Below are positions 1-10,330 of a DNA stretch of 64,000 bases, in pieces. Location: the NCBI GenBank assembly GCA_965140415.1, contig OZ223209.1, positions 3,552,001-3,616,000 of the forward strand. The letters are read 5' to 3'. A program made the translations under genes and the position numbers. The notes under the pieces were generated by a model. It did not search any database. It saw only the letters and a list, made by a program, of their open reading frames with translations, and was not told the DNA's origin. How positions within the stretch are numbered: position 1 is the first letter of the stretch; each line of letters begins with the position of its first letter. The stretch comes from Myxococcota bacterium (GTDB lineage: Bacteria; Myxococcota_A; SURF-8).

Positions 1-928
1 CTCGTAATGACCAGCCGACACTTTGTTTTAGTGCACTGATACTGTATCCACCTTCCAAGAAGAAAGCAATCTTTCCATCGCAGATTCGCTCTGCCGCAGA
101 AACCAGCATTTCCGCCAACTGTGCAACTGCCGGAGTGCTTACGTTCATGCCACCGATCGGATCTTTCTGATGAATATCGTAACCGGCTGAAACCAGAATG
201 ATTTGAGGACGATACTCCTCAAGAATCGGTATAAAAAGATTTTCATACAGTAACAGGTAATCGTCGTCCATCTGCCCGGCGGCAAGCGGCACATTGACTG
301 TCAAGCCCCGTCCCGGACCGTTACCGATCTCGGAAATAGCTCCCGTCCCAGGAAAATATGGCGACTGATGAGAAGAACAATACAACACGTTGCCATTGTC
401 GTAAAACGATTCCTGGGTGCCGTTTCCATGATGCACATCGAAATCGACAATCGCCACCCGACGCACCTTGTGACGCTGTACCAGATGTGCCGCAGCGATG
501 GCAATGCTGTTAAACAGGCAGAACCCCATTGTTCTTCCCGACAGGGCGTGGTGACCGGGCGGGCGACCAAGCAGGAAAGCATTTTGCAATTCCTCCGCCC
601 AGACCGCGTCTACCAATTCAATTCCCGAACCGACGGCATACATCGCAGCCTTGAAACTCTGCGCCGTAGCAAGCGTGTCCGGGTCAAATACGGTAAAGGA
701 CTTTCCCGCACTCGATGCGATCCGATCGAAATGAGCTTTGGAATGATTGAGTAGAATATCGTCTTCGGTCGCCAGCTTTTTAGGCAACCGGAACACCTGC
801 TCGCTCAAGCCTGATTGTTGCAGGAAATCATAAATACCGATCAGGCGCTCAGGGCTTTCTGGATGACCCGTATCTGCGTTGATATGCTCGATAAAAATGG
901 GATCCCAGATCACACCTGTTTTTCTCAT
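1..928 (-). CDS. Histone deacetylase family (acetylpolyamine amidohydrolase/AcuC-like) protein; 3' end runs off the window
   Basis: Not in the ORF track. Manual translation from ATG at 928 gives MRKTGVIWDPIFIEH..GHPESPERL..GRPPGHHA..GFCLFN..VDFDVHHGNGTQ..SAGYD..LEGGY, the hallmark motifs of the family. Confidence 0.92.
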   Translation of the reverse strand, partial: MRKTGVIWDPIFIEHINADTGHPESPERLIGIYDFLQQSGLSEQVFRLPKKLATEDDILLNHSKAHFDRIASSAGKSFTVFDPDTLATAQSFKAAMYAVGSGIELVDAVWAEELQNAFLLGRPPGHHALSGRTMGFCLFNSIAIAAAHLVQRHKVRRVAIVDFDVHHGNGTQESFYDNGNVLYCSSHQSPYFPGTGAISEIGNGPGRGLTVNVPLAAGQMDDDYLLLYENLFIPILEEYRPQIILVSAGYDIHQKDPIGGMNVSTPAVAQLAEMLVSAAERICDGKIAFFLEGGYSISALKQSVGWSLR

Positions 929-1034
929 GGCTATCCTCGCTGCAACCTCAACGAAATCCACATTCAGCAAGCCGTTCTTAAACGATAAGCCGCTATAGCG
1001 TTCGAGTCAATCCATTTTATGGCATTCCAAACAC

Positions 1035-1058
1035 AAAAAAACCCGCCGAAGCGGGTTT
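1035..1058 (-). terminator. Rho-independent terminator downstream of pnp
   Basis: Minus strand reads AAACCCGC-TTCG-GCGGGTTT followed by a T run, 17 nt after the pnp stop. Confidence 0.85.
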
Positions 1059-1075
1059 GATTGTGTTTAGCCTGG

Positions 1076-3256
1076 CTAACGCCGGTTGGGGCGTCGTCCT
1101 CCTCGGTCATTACCACCGCGATTATTGCGGTCGGGACGCGGCGGACGCTCACGCTCCTGGTAACCTTCCGGCTTTTCCTTCAGCGCCCTCATGGACAACC
1201 GCAGTTTTCCGTTGCGTTCGGTATCGATCAACTTGACATCGATCTCATCACCCAGATGGACGTAATCTTCCATTTTCTCTACACGTTTCCAATCCACTTC
1301 GGAAATGTGCAGCAGGCCTTCCATACCAGGAATAATTTCAACAAACGCACCGAAATCCACCACGCGCTTGACCTTACCTTTGTACACTTTGCCAACTTCC
1401 GGCTCTTCGGTAAGTCCCTTGATGATGTCGATGGCCATCTGGCACTGGATATCGTCGCTGGAAGCGATGGAAACGGCTCCATCGTCGTTGACATTGATAG
1501 CACAACCGGTCTGATCCACGATCTCACGAATCGTTTTGCCACCGGCACCAATCACGTCACGAATGCGATCGGGGTTGATGTGGATCGTGACAATTCGCGG
1601 AGCGTAAGTAGACATTTCCTGGCGCGGTTCGGACAGGTGCTCGGTCATCTTGCCCAAAATGTGCATACGGCCTTCGCGAGCCTGATCAAGGGCACGGGTC
1701 AGGATTTCCCGGCTGACACCGGAAATTTTGAGATCCATCTGCATGGCGGTAATACCATCTTTGGTTCCACACACCTTGAAATCCATATCGCCAAGGTGAT
1801 CTTCTTCACCCAGAATATCGCTGAGGATCAGGATATTATCCGGCGTGTCACCTTCCATAAGGCCCATCGCGATTCCGGCAACCGGCTTACGAACGGGAAC
1901 ACCGGCATCCATCATCGCCATGCAACCGCCGCACACGGACGCCATCGAACTGGAACCGTTCGATTCCAAAATTTCAGACACGATACGCACCACATAGGGA
2001 AATTCATCCGTCAATGTAGGCACCATTGTCTGCAAGGCGCGTTCGGCCAAATTACCATGCCCGATCTCGCGACGGCCCGGCGATCCGATACGCTTGACTT
2101 CACCGACCGAATACGGCGGGAAGTTGTAATGCAGGAAGAAGGATTTTTCGCGGTCGCCAATCATATCGTCCACACGCTGGGTATCGCTGCTGGTACCCAG
2201 GGTAACCGTAACCAGCGCCTGAGTTTCACCGCGGGTGAAGACCGCACTGCCGTGAATGCGCGGCAGAACCGAAGTATCGATGCTGATCGGGCGAACTTCT
2301 TTCCAGTCGCGACGGTCAATGCGTGTATGCTCTTTCAGATACAGATCGCGCACGTAATCGTGTTTGACTTCTTCGAAAGCCTGCTTGATAAAGCCTTTCT
2401 CTTCTTCCGGCACATCTTCCATCTCAGCGATGATCGACTTCTTCAGAGCCTTGATGGCGGCATAGCGCGGAAGTTTTTCCCTAACATCATACACTTCAGG
2501 CAGTTTATCTTTTGCTAGTTCGCGTACGCGGTCGAGAATATGCTGCGGAAATTCGACTTCGGCAACTTCCCATTTCTCTTTGCCAATCAATTCACGCAGT
2601 TTTTCCTGCAACTGGATAACCGGCTGCACCCACTCGAAACCTTTCATCAGGGCTTCGACCATTTCCGCTTCGGACACTTCCTGAGATTCACCCTCCACCA
2701 TCACGATGGCTTTGGAACTGGCAGCCATGAAGATATCCAGGCGAGAGCGTTCCATATCGGCGGGAGAAGGATTGCAAACATACTCACCATCGATCAGACC
2801 GACACGCACACCGGCGATCGGACGCTCGAAGGGAATGGCGGAAACGTACAGCGCGGCGGATGCGCCAATCATGGCCATCACGTCGGTATCGTTCACCATG
2901 TCCGCGGCGAAAACGGTAGCAATGACCTGCGTCTCGTTTTTAAAGTTATCCGGGAACAACGGGCGGATCGGACGGTCGATCAAACGAGAGGTCAGCACTT
3001 CCCGCTGTTGCGGACGCGCTTCACGTTTGATAAAGCCACCCGGAATTCGACCGACGGCAAAAATCTTTTCCTGGTAATCTACGGTCAACGGGAAAAAGTC
3101 AATTCCTTCCCGACCGGAATCACTGGCTTCTGCCGTTACCAATACGCGGCTGTCTCCATATTCCACCCAGGCAGCGCCATTGGCCTGCTTGGCCAATCGA
3201 CCGAATTCTATTGTCAAAGGCCGGCCACCGAAATCCACGGTTTCACGAGTAATCAT
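1076..3256 (-). CDS. pnp: Polyribonucleotide nucleotidyltransferase (PNPase)
   Basis: FFPLTVDYQE, SRLIDRPIRPLFP, RREIGHG, SNGSSSMASVC, GDMDFKV motifs and C-terminal KH/S1 domains; lies downstream of rpsO. Confidence 0.98.
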   Translation of the reverse strand: MITRETVDFGGRPLTIEFGRLAKQANGAAWVEYGDSRVLVTAEASDSGREGIDFFPLTVDYQEKIFAVGRIPGGFIKREARPQQREVLTSRLIDRPIRPLFPDNFKNETQVIATVFAADMVNDTDVMAMIGASAALYVSAIPFERPIAGVRVGLIDGEYVCNPSPADMERSRLDIFMAASSKAIVMVEGESQEVSEAEMVEALMKGFEWVQPVIQLQEKLRELIGKEKWEVAEVEFPQHILDRVRELAKDKLPEVYDVREKLPRYAAIKALKKSIIAEMEDVPEEEKGFIKQAFEEVKHDYVRDLYLKEHTRIDRRDWKEVRPISIDTSVLPRIHGSAVFTRGETQALVTVTLGTSSDTQRVDDMIGDREKSFFLHYNFPPYSVGEVKRIGSPGRREIGHGNLAERALQTMVPTLTDEFPYVVRIVSEILESNGSSSMASVCGGCMAMMDAGVPVRKPVAGIAMGLMEGDTPDNILILSDILGEEDHLGDMDFKVCGTKDGITAMQMDLKISGVSREILTRALDQAREGRMHILGKMTEHLSEPRQEMSTYAPRIVTIHINPDRIRDVIGAGGKTIREIVDQTGCAINVNDDGAVSIASSDDIQCQMAIDIIKGLTEEPEVGKVYKGKVKRVVDFGAFVEIIPGMEGLLHISEVDWKRVEKMEDYVHLGDEIDVKLIDTERNGKLRLSMRALKEKPEGYQERERPPRPDRNNRGGNDRGGRRPNRR

Positions 3257-3318
3257 CTTTTTTTCTTCTTTCGAAAAGGGTCCAATTGACGCTCAAACGT
3301 AACTACACCAATAGTAAA

Positions 3319-3345
3319 TAAGGGCGCATACGCAATGCGCCCTTA
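3319..3345 (-). terminator. Stem-loop between rpsO and pnp (terminator or processing site)
   Basis: Perfect 11-bp inverted repeat TAAGGGCGCAT/ATGCGCCCTTA, followed by TTTACTATT on the minus strand. Confidence 0.6.
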
Positions 3346-3378
3346 ATATAGGTGAATTCGCCAAGCAACTTTGGTCGA

Positions 3379-3648
3379 TTATTTGCGGATGCCCAAGGTA
3401 CCAATAATCGTACGATAACGTTCGACATTCTTGGCCTTGACGTAATCCAGCAGGCGGCGTCGCTTTCCGACCAGTTTCAACAGACCACGGCGCGAATGGA
3501 AATCTTTGTGGTGGGTCTTAAAGTGTTCGGTCAACTGGGTAATCCGCGTCGTCAGCAATGCAATCTGCACTTCGGGAGACCCGGTGTCGCTTTCGTGAAG
3601 TTTGTGCTTACCGACGATTTCGGCTTTCTCTTCCAGTGTCAATGACAT
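3379..3648 (-). CDS. rpsO: 30S ribosomal protein S15
   Basis: [48 protein letters not shown], 89 aa. True start is the ATG at 3648 with a GGAG RBS; the ORF track over-extends it. Confidence 0.98.
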   Translation of the reverse strand: MSLTLEEKAEIVGKHKLHESDTGSPEVQIALLTTRITQLTEHFKTHHKDFHSRRGLLKLVGKRRRLLDYVKAKNVERYRTIIGTLGIRK

Positions 3649-3705
3649 GTCTCGAAACTCCTTGTTGTTCAAACTCTCTCTATCATACCATTGGGTCGCG
3701 CGCTT

Positions 3706-3734
3706 TGTATAATCGAAAGCGTATGGAATGTCAA
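3706..3734 (-). promoter_or_regulatory. Sigma70-type promoter for rpsO-pnp
   Basis: TTGACA-17 nt-TATACA on the minus strand, about 60 nt upstream of the rpsO start. Confidence 0.7.
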
Positions 3735-3781
3735 ACGAAATTTCTCTCTTTTTTCGTTTTTTTCCAATTTGCGACCTTACC

Positions 3782-4765
3782 CTATTCCAAGCTCTGAAAA
3801 CCACGTTCCACTTTAATTGCGACGGCAGATGGCTCCAACTCACCCCACAAAGCAGGTTTCTCCACTACAGTCACTAGCGCTCTAAGCTGCCCTTCGGGTC
3901 CGATAGCCCGGTACACCGAAGTAATATTCTCAATAGATTCCGAAATGTTGCTATCCAGCAGCATGCGTACGGTCAAGGGCCTGCCATACTCGATTTCACG
4001 CTCCATACGGGCATCGATTTTCAAAATCGGAAGATCGATACGCTCCGATTCCAGCGGAATCAAATGTTCGTGCAGTTCCCCATCGTCAGCATCCAATATT
4101 ACCGGTAAGGATACACATTCATCAAGCGAAAAAACACCATGAGCCGTTCGAACCAGTGATTCCATATGCGCTCCGCATCCCAATTGTTTCCCTACATCGT
4201 GGCAAAGAGAACGCACATAATACCCCTTACTGGTGTGAATTTCGAAAGTTGCCTGGGGCGATCTGAAAGAACCCAAAGCGACTTCATGCAACACCACTCG
4301 TGCAGGCTTCACCTCCACGTCTTCCCCTCGGCGGGCGAGCTTGTAAAGCGCCTGACCGTCTTTCTTTTTTGCAGAAAACACGGGCGGCACCTGCATCTGT
4401 TCACCAAGAAAGCCTTTTAGAGTCTCATAAAACTCTTCTTCAGCCACGACCACCTGCTGCTCGGAAAGGATTTCCCCTGTGTTATCATAGGTGTCGGTTT
4501 CAATTCCCAATCGCATTCCAACACGATATCCCTTGCCGCGCTCCGACAAATATCCAGCCAGTTTGGTACCTTCATTGATGCAGATAGGGAGCACACCGGT
4601 CGCGAGTGGATCCAGCGTTCCCGCATGACCGACTTTGTGTAATCCGAAACGACGCTTGATTTTAGCGACCACCGCAGCGGAAGTTAGTCCTTCCGGCTTG
4701 TCGATCAACAGCAGACCACTGGGAGTACGTCGTCCTTTTCTCACCAGAGTTCCTTGATTTTCCAA
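3782..4765 (-). CDS. truB: tRNA pseudouridine(55) synthase
   Basis: [46 protein letters not shown] motifs. Confidence 0.96.
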   Translation of the reverse strand: MENQGTLVRKGRRTPSGLLLIDKPEGLTSAAVVAKIKRRFGLHKVGHAGTLDPLATGVLPICINEGTKLAGYLSERGKGYRVGMRLGIETDTYDNTGEILSEQQVVVAEEEFYETLKGFLGEQMQVPPVFSAKKKDGQALYKLARRGEDVEVKPARVVLHEVALGSFRSPQATFEIHTSKGYYVRSLCHDVGKQLGCGAHMESLVRTAHGVFSLDECVSLPVILDADDGELHEHLIPLESERIDLPILKIDARMEREIEYGRPLTVRMLLDSNISESIENITSVYRAIGPEGQLRALVTVVEKPALWGELEPSAVAIKVERGFQSLE

Positions 4766-5367
4766 CGGTTTTCTTGACGAATCAACAGAAGAGTCTTTTC
4801 CTTTGAGGCTCCATATCGCAGCCTGGCGAGATCGCCCTCGATTTGAAACGGTTCACATCGTGCAGAAGCCGTCTCATCTACAAACGACTGCAACTGCTCA
4901 ATAAAAGCAGGATCTAGCGGAGATTTTGACTGTTCCAACTCGGTGGGAAGTAACGCACGCAGATCATCATAGGATTCGAATCGGATCAGATGCCGCGCCA
5001 AAAGCAACGTAGACTCAGGAGTATAATTGTGGAAAGGTCCAATCGTCGCACACTGAATTTTCCATTGTTGCCCCTGGTGCACCAATAAATAGCGCTGACC
5101 ACCCTCATTCACTTCCGCCGTCGCGGAAATTGAAGTCTTCTCATCTTCCGCTGCGGCTACATATCCCTGCTGCATGGCTTGCTCAAGTTCAGGCTCGGGA
5201 ACCGAAGAAATACCGTTCTCCGTCGAAAGCGAAACAAGAGCAGCAGCATCGTGCGCCAGCATTGCCCGCTGGTAATCCTCAACACGCGCCGTTGGTCCGC
5301 TGGCGCAGGCAACAACAAGCAGCATCAGGATACCGACGATTAGAATGGGTAAACTCGTTTTTACCAT
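4741..5367 (-). CDS. Hypothetical lipoprotein
   Basis: Hydrophobic signal ending in VVAC (lipobox); overlaps the psd stop and the truB start. Confidence 0.7.
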   Translation of the reverse strand: MVKTSLPILIVGILMLLVVACASGPTARVEDYQRAMLAHDAAALVSLSTENGISSVPEPELEQAMQQGYVAAAEDEKTSISATAEVNEGGQRYLLVHQGQQWKIQCATIGPFHNYTPESTLLLARHLIRFESYDDLRALLPTELEQSKSPLDPAFIEQLQSFVDETASARCEPFQIEGDLARLRYGASKEKTLLLIRQENRWKIKELW

Positions 5368-6233
5368 GTCGCGATTCGTTCTCCCATTGTCAATGGTGCT
5401 CCGATTCGACCGTTTTCGAGTTCAAGTGTTTCTTCAGGAAATGCAAGGATTACCGTTGATCCTAAATGGAATATCCCCAGCTCATCTCCCTTGCTAATAT
5501 CCACAGCCGGATAATGATGAAACGTGCCGCCAACCTTCCGATCAAAGGCAGCCAGAGTCGGATCGTAACTTTGAGTGATACGCGAAACACAAGTCGCCGC
5601 CACCATCACAATAGCCATCAGTCCCTTGGAAGTCTCCAAAACCGTCACCATGCGTTCGTTACGAGAAAACAATTCCTCGATAGTACGAACCGAAGGTGCA
5701 TTCACCGGGAACTGCCGTCCGGGGATATAGCGGGTCAGCACAACGCGCCCGTCACAGGGGAAATGCACTCGATGATAATCTTTGGGACTGAGATACAGCG
5801 TTGCATACCCGCCATCGGCGTATGGCTCTGCAAGATCTTCACCGCCAAGCAAGGCGTCCAACCGGTAACGCTTCCCCTTGATCTGCTCTAACTGAAGCTC
5901 TTCGATCCGCCCCGCATTCGACCAGAATCCGTCGCAAGGAGAAACCAAGGCATTCTCGGCAGAATCGACTATACGAGCACCCGGCTTAAGACGACGAGTG
6001 AAAAATTCATCGAAAGTCGCATACTCGGAAAGCGGCTTTTCCACCTCGTCCAGATCAATGGAATACTGGTTTGCAAACGTGCGAATGGCCTTTTGCTGAA
6101 CGGATTTCGGCAGGTGCAAGTCACTTAACCATTGCATACCAAGACTAAACGAATGCTTGGGCATCAAGGTCAGCAACATGCGTGTCAATCCATCAGGCAT
6201 TCCGATTCCTACTTCGCCTTTCGGCTCTAGCAC
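5361..6233 (-). CDS. psd: Phosphatidylserine decarboxylase proenzyme
   Basis: FFTRRLKPGAR, SPCDG, YLSPKDYHRVH, NER and the FHLGSTVIL autocleavage motif. Confidence 0.93.
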   Translation of the reverse strand: MLEPKGEVGIGMPDGLTRMLLTLMPKHSFSLGMQWLSDLHLPKSVQQKAIRTFANQYSIDLDEVEKPLSEYATFDEFFTRRLKPGARIVDSAENALVSPCDGFWSNAGRIEELQLEQIKGKRYRLDALLGGEDLAEPYADGGYATLYLSPKDYHRVHFPCDGRVVLTRYIPGRQFPVNAPSVRTIEELFSRNERMVTVLETSKGLMAIVMVAATCVSRITQSYDPTLAAFDRKVGGTFHHYPAVDISKGDELGIFHLGSTVILAFPEETLELENGRIGAPLTMGERIATW

Positions 6234-6250
6234 ATCGATTAACCTTCCAT

Positions 6251-6280
6251 GACGAAGCGTCTTTTCTTAAACGCTTCGTC
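6251..6280. repeat. Perfect 10-bp inverted repeat between the antiporter gene and psd
   Basis: GACGAAGCGT-10 nt-ACGCTTCGTC with no adjacent T tract, so the function is unclear. Confidence 0.45.
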
Positions 6281-6328
6281 GGAAAGAAGGCCATTAAAAA
6301 AAAAGGACAATCACCCTAATGGATTAGT

Positions 6329-7735
6329 TTACAGCAGGAAGACCGCCATGACCAGCATGAATACCGGCACCAGGATCAACATCGAATATTTCATGTAACC
6401 CAGGAAGGTCGGCATTTTGATCCCGGCTTCGTCGACAATGGATTTGACCATGAAGTTCGGGGCGTTGCCGATATATGTATTGGCTCCCATGAAAACCGCA
6501 CCCAGGGAAATCGCGATCAGAATATTTACGGGAACCCCGGCCACACATTCGACACCGCCACACATATTCAGACCTTGTCCCAACGACATGAAGGTGACGT
6601 AAGTCGGGGCGTTATCCAGGAAAGAGGACAAACCGCCTGTCATCCAGAAGAACTGCCAGGGATGGTTGACACCAAATTCCGATCCATGCGCTTTCAGCAG
6701 GCAAATCGCCGGAAGCATCGTCACGAAAATACCGGCAAAAAGCACGGCGACTTCGATAATGGCATGGAACGTAAAGTAGTTCTTTTCCCGCGGAGATTGA
6801 GCATTGGGATCGGAACGATGGGCTTCCTGGTACTTATCGATCATGAAAGAGATAAGCGCCAGAGCGACCATCACCGGCTCACGATACCAGGCCAGATGGC
6901 CGGTCAGCAACACGACACTTGCAATTACGCCGCCCAAGAACAGGAAGTTAATCTTGCCGCTGATGCGCAATGGTTCCACCAGCACTTTGTCACGGATCTT
7001 ATCGGCCAGAGTTTCTTTCTTATAAGCAATCGTATCCCAAACATAGAAAATCGCCAGCAAAATCACAATGGCGAACAGCCATTCCTTCCACAGGTTCAAG
7101 GTCCAAAAGAAGGGTACACCACGCAAGAAGCCTAAGAACAGAGGCGGATCGCCGATGGGCAACAGGGAGCCACCGATATTCGCCACGATGAAAATGAAGA
7201 AGATGTAAATATGAATAACGTTATGCCGTTCGCTGTTGGTACGCAACAGCGGGCGAATCAACAACATCGCCGCTCCGGTCGTTCCGACGAAGCTGGCAAT
7301 CAACCCACCAATAGCCAGGAAAATCAGGTTCGTCTTGGGAGTAGCACGCAAATCACCTTCCAGGTGAATACCACCGGAAATGGTAAACAATGCCGCTAAT
7401 AGGATGATAAAACTATAATATTCATGCGCTACGAGCATCAAGGCATCACCGCCATGCTGCACGAATCCCAGAAAATAGACAAGCATGGGAACACCGCATA
7501 TTGCGGCAACATATCCCTTATGCAAGTTCGATTCAAACCAGTGGGGAGTAATCAATGGCAGCAGTGCAATGCACAACAGAATGCCGATGAAAGGAATGAC
7601 GGTGTAGGGAGACAGAATACGTCCGATTTCCGCTTCCAGATCCCCTTCCCCATGATGCAGGAAAAGCAGTAAAAATGCCAGGAAGGCAGCAAAGCAAGCC
7701 ACTACGATCGCAGCACCAATCAAATTCTTTTTCAT
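6329..7735 (-). CDS. Ion-transporter (IT) superfamily sodium:proton antiporter-like membrane protein
   Basis: Many hydrophobic helices; GTTGAAMLLIRP, ANIGGSLLPIGDPPLFLG, SSFLDNAPTY, GANTYIGNAPNFMVK motifs; GAGGTG RBS before ATG 7735. Confidence 0.85.
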   Translation of the reverse strand: MKKNLIGAAIVVACFAAFLAFLLLFLHHGEGDLEAEIGRILSPYTVIPFIGILLCIALLPLITPHWFESNLHKGYVAAICGVPMLVYFLGFVQHGGDALMLVAHEYYSFIILLAALFTISGGIHLEGDLRATPKTNLIFLAIGGLIASFVGTTGAAMLLIRPLLRTNSERHNVIHIYIFFIFIVANIGGSLLPIGDPPLFLGFLRGVPFFWTLNLWKEWLFAIVILLAIFYVWDTIAYKKETLADKIRDKVLVEPLRISGKINFLFLGGVIASVVLLTGHLAWYREPVMVALALISFMIDKYQEAHRSDPNAQSPREKNYFTFHAIIEVAVLFAGIFVTMLPAICLLKAHGSEFGVNHPWQFFWMTGGLSSFLDNAPTYVTFMSLGQGLNMCGGVECVAGVPVNILIAISLGAVFMGANTYIGNAPNFMVKSIVDEAGIKMPTFLGYMKYSMLILVPVFMLVMAVFLL

Positions 7736-7882
7736 CAAAACACCTCACAGACCAAAGCGTCAAAACGGAAAAACGGAAAGTCCCCGCCAATGGATTCTTA
7801 CCGATAAGACAGAAGAACACGGTTATCACGACAAAGCTACAACATGACTATACAAAAACCGTTCAACACGTCAAGTATTCAT

Positions 7883-7911
7883 AAAAAAAAGAGGTGCACT
7901 CGACACCTCTT
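7883..7911 (-). terminator. Rho-independent terminator downstream of the HDOD gene
   Basis: AAGAGGTG-7 nt-CACCTCTT followed by a T run on the minus strand. Confidence 0.8.
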
Positions 7912-7962
7912 CGATAACATCGTGATCAAGAACAGCAAGCTCGAAATGAAACTTCTACGAAA

Positions 7963-8877
7963 CTACAGCACCAACGTAGCGAACAATTCGGACCGTTCAG
8001 CCTCTTTTTCAACATCTTCAAACAACTTGGGGGTATCCTTGATCTTCAATCCAAGATCATGCCAGGCGTTGACGTCCACCCCATTGGGAAGGTTTTCTTC
8101 AGAAAATTCCGAATCGCGGTTGTTGCACGTAAAGTAGGCCACATGTACAATCTGGGCAAAACGGCGATATTCGTCCGGTGCAGACTGCGGTTCAGGGAAA
8201 TATGTAACACTTTCCGAAACGACTGGTGGCAGATTCCAGCGTTTGAGCAATTCGCCACCGATCTCACCGTGATTGATACCGAACAGTTTATTCTCGATCT
8301 CGAACGGAGTTTTCCCCGTAGCCTCTACCTGTTCCTGAGTAAGCTTGTACAATTCATGCAGAAACTGCTCCATCAGGAAGAACCCAATATTACTTAACAA
8401 CCCGGCAGTATAAGCCGTTTCGTAATCGTCGTCTTTTGCTCCCTCAAACTTGGTGCCAAGATACTTTGCAGCCAAAGCCACCAACAGCGACTGCTTCCAG
8501 AACAGCCGGTGATTCAACGTGCTTTTGCGTCCTTCGAAAACGCGGGCAACACCGACCGACAAGCAAAGGCGATAGATTTCCGCAAAACCCAACCGGACAA
8601 CAGCTTGCCGAATCGAGGTAATTTCCTTGACCGTAGTTGCGAAATAGGCGGAATTGACGATTTTGAGGACGCGAGCGGAAAGAGTTGCATCATCTCGAAT
8701 CAAGGCAGATACTTTACCGACATCGGTATCGTCTTTTAACACCATACTCATGATTCGTAAAACGACATCCGGAATGGAAGGTAAATCCTGAATCGAGGCG
8801 ATTTTCCGTATAATGGCATCTCGCCGTGTGCTGAGGTCCGTCATCCGACTTGCTCTCCTACTAAACGGGTTTCTCAT
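7963..8877 (-). CDS. HDOD domain signalling protein (start may be ATG 8844)
   Basis: LPSIP, DATLSARVLKIVNSAYF, SIRQAVVRLG, AGLLSNIG, GINHGEIGGELLKRWNLP. Confidence 0.88.
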   Translation of the reverse strand: MRNPFSRRASRMTDLSTRRDAIIRKIASIQDLPSIPDVVLRIMSMVLKDDTDVGKVSALIRDDATLSARVLKIVNSAYFATTVKEITSIRQAVVRLGFAEIYRLCLSVGVARVFEGRKSTLNHRLFWKQSLLVALAAKYLGTKFEGAKDDDYETAYTAGLLSNIGFFLMEQFLHELYKLTQEQVEATGKTPFEIENKLFGINHGEIGGELLKRWNLPPVVSESVTYFPEPQSAPDEYRRFAQIVHVAYFTCNNRDSEFSEENLPNGVDVNAWHDLGLKIKDTPKLFEDVEKEAERSELFATLVL

Positions 8878-9041
8878 CCATTATAAGTTGACTGTTGAAG
8901 CAGCACATCCCCACATGCTACAGCAGACGACCGGTAAACCGGTCAAGCTAACGATTGCTCGGGGCGACTATACCACATCGGCGGAAAAACTCAATTAATT
9001 CCACAATGAAAAGTCTTGAATTTTTTGTAGTGGAGGTCGGT

Positions 9042-10292
9042 TTAGAACAGATTTCTGGCGAACTGAATTCCCTCTACCAGTTCATCGACATCGGATTGTT
9101 CCGAATAGATCCCAAAAGAAGCGCGCACGGAGGAATCCAATCCCAAACGTTTATGCAAAGGTTGCGCACATTGATGTCCTGCCCTCACCGCAATTCCCTG
9201 CTCGCTAAGCATCAACGCCAGATCATACGCCTGCACCCGCCGATCGACAAAGGCAATCAATCCTCCGCGCTCCCGCGCGTTTCTCGGTCCCAAAATGTCT
9301 AATTCTGGCAGGGTCTGCAACCGACTCAAGGCATACTCCGTCAATTGGATTTCGTGACTTCGAATCGCTTTCATACCAATTTCTTCAATGAGATCCAATG
9401 CAGGAGGGAACGTAACCGCAGCCGCCACATTGGGCGTTCCCGCTTCGAAACGCATGGGAACCGGTGCAAAGGTCACGTTTTCAAAGGTCACTTCGTCGAT
9501 CATCTGGCCACCGCCTTCGAATGGATGCATCTCTTCAAGCACATCCAGATGACCAATCAAGAATCCCAAACCAGTCGGTCCGTACATCTTGTGCGCAGAG
9601 AAAACCAGCAGATCTGCTCCGATATCTTGCATATCAAGTGGCAGGTGCCCCACCGCCTGTGCCGCATCGACCACAAACAGCGCGCCAACTGCGTGCGCAG
9701 CTTCAGCCAACTGCTTTAAAGGATTGATCGTGCCCAGTACGTTTGACACCGCCGTCACGGACACAATTCTTGTTTTCTTTGAAAGATATTCAGGCAAGCG
9801 ATCCAGATCCAGAAAACCGGTTTCCGTGATTGGCAACACACGGATCTTGATGCCTTTGCGCTTGGCCAGTTCCACCCAGGGAACGATATTAGCGTGATGC
9901 TCCATTTCGGTGAGCAGGATTTCATCTCCGGCTTGCAGACGATGCTCGAATCCCGCCGCAACCATGTTTAATGCATGCGTGGCGTTGCGAGTAATCACAA
10001 CGGATTCCGGCGAACCGGCATTGACGAATTCCGCCACTCGCGACCGGCACCCTTCGTATAGTGAGGTCGCCTGTTCGGACAACCGATAAATGCCACGATG
10101 AGGAGAAGAATTATACTGTTCATAAAACAGCCTGGTCGCCCCGATGACCGACTCCGGCTTCTGAGCCGTCGCCGCGGTATCCAGATACACCAACGGTCGT
10201 TCATTCATTTCATTTTTCAGTGCAGGAAACCGCTCTCTAATTCGTGGCGTTCCCGCTCTCAGTTCATCGTATAGCAAGTATGGTTCCGACAT
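9042..10292 (-). CDS. sufS: SufS-type cysteine desulfurase
   Basis: YLDTAATAQKP, EHHANIVPW, SAHKMYGPTG (PLP lysine), RFEAGTP, VRAGHQCAQP; last gene of the suf operon. Confidence 0.93.
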   Translation of the reverse strand: MSEPYLLYDELRAGTPRIRERFPALKNEMNERPLVYLDTAATAQKPESVIGATRLFYEQYNSSPHRGIYRLSEQATSLYEGCRSRVAEFVNAGSPESVVITRNATHALNMVAAGFEHRLQAGDEILLTEMEHHANIVPWVELAKRKGIKIRVLPITETGFLDLDRLPEYLSKKTRIVSVTAVSNVLGTINPLKQLAEAAHAVGALFVVDAAQAVGHLPLDMQDIGADLLVFSAHKMYGPTGLGFLIGHLDVLEEMHPFEGGGQMIDEVTFENVTFAPVPMRFEAGTPNVAAAVTFPPALDLIEEIGMKAIRSHEIQLTEYALSRLQTLPELDILGPRNARERGGLIAFVDRRVQAYDLALMLSEQGIAVRAGHQCAQPLHKRLGLDSSVRASFGIYSEQSDVDELVEGIQFARNLF

Positions 10293-10330
10293 CGTATACA
10301 CCTTTCATTACGTCGCTCCGTAGTGCAGCA

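Noticed and set aside
1061-2518. 485-aa plus-strand ORF, and similar long antisense ORFs (2540-3289, 11909-12709, 27947-28846, 50205-50825, 56243-56953)
   Set aside because: Antisense shadows of well-supported genes (pnp, sufB, giant lipoprotein, lpdA, mdh) with no motifs of their own.
3649-3843. N-terminal extension of rpsO in the ORF track
   Set aside because: S15 is about 89 aa; the extension spans the promoter and the truB 3' end.
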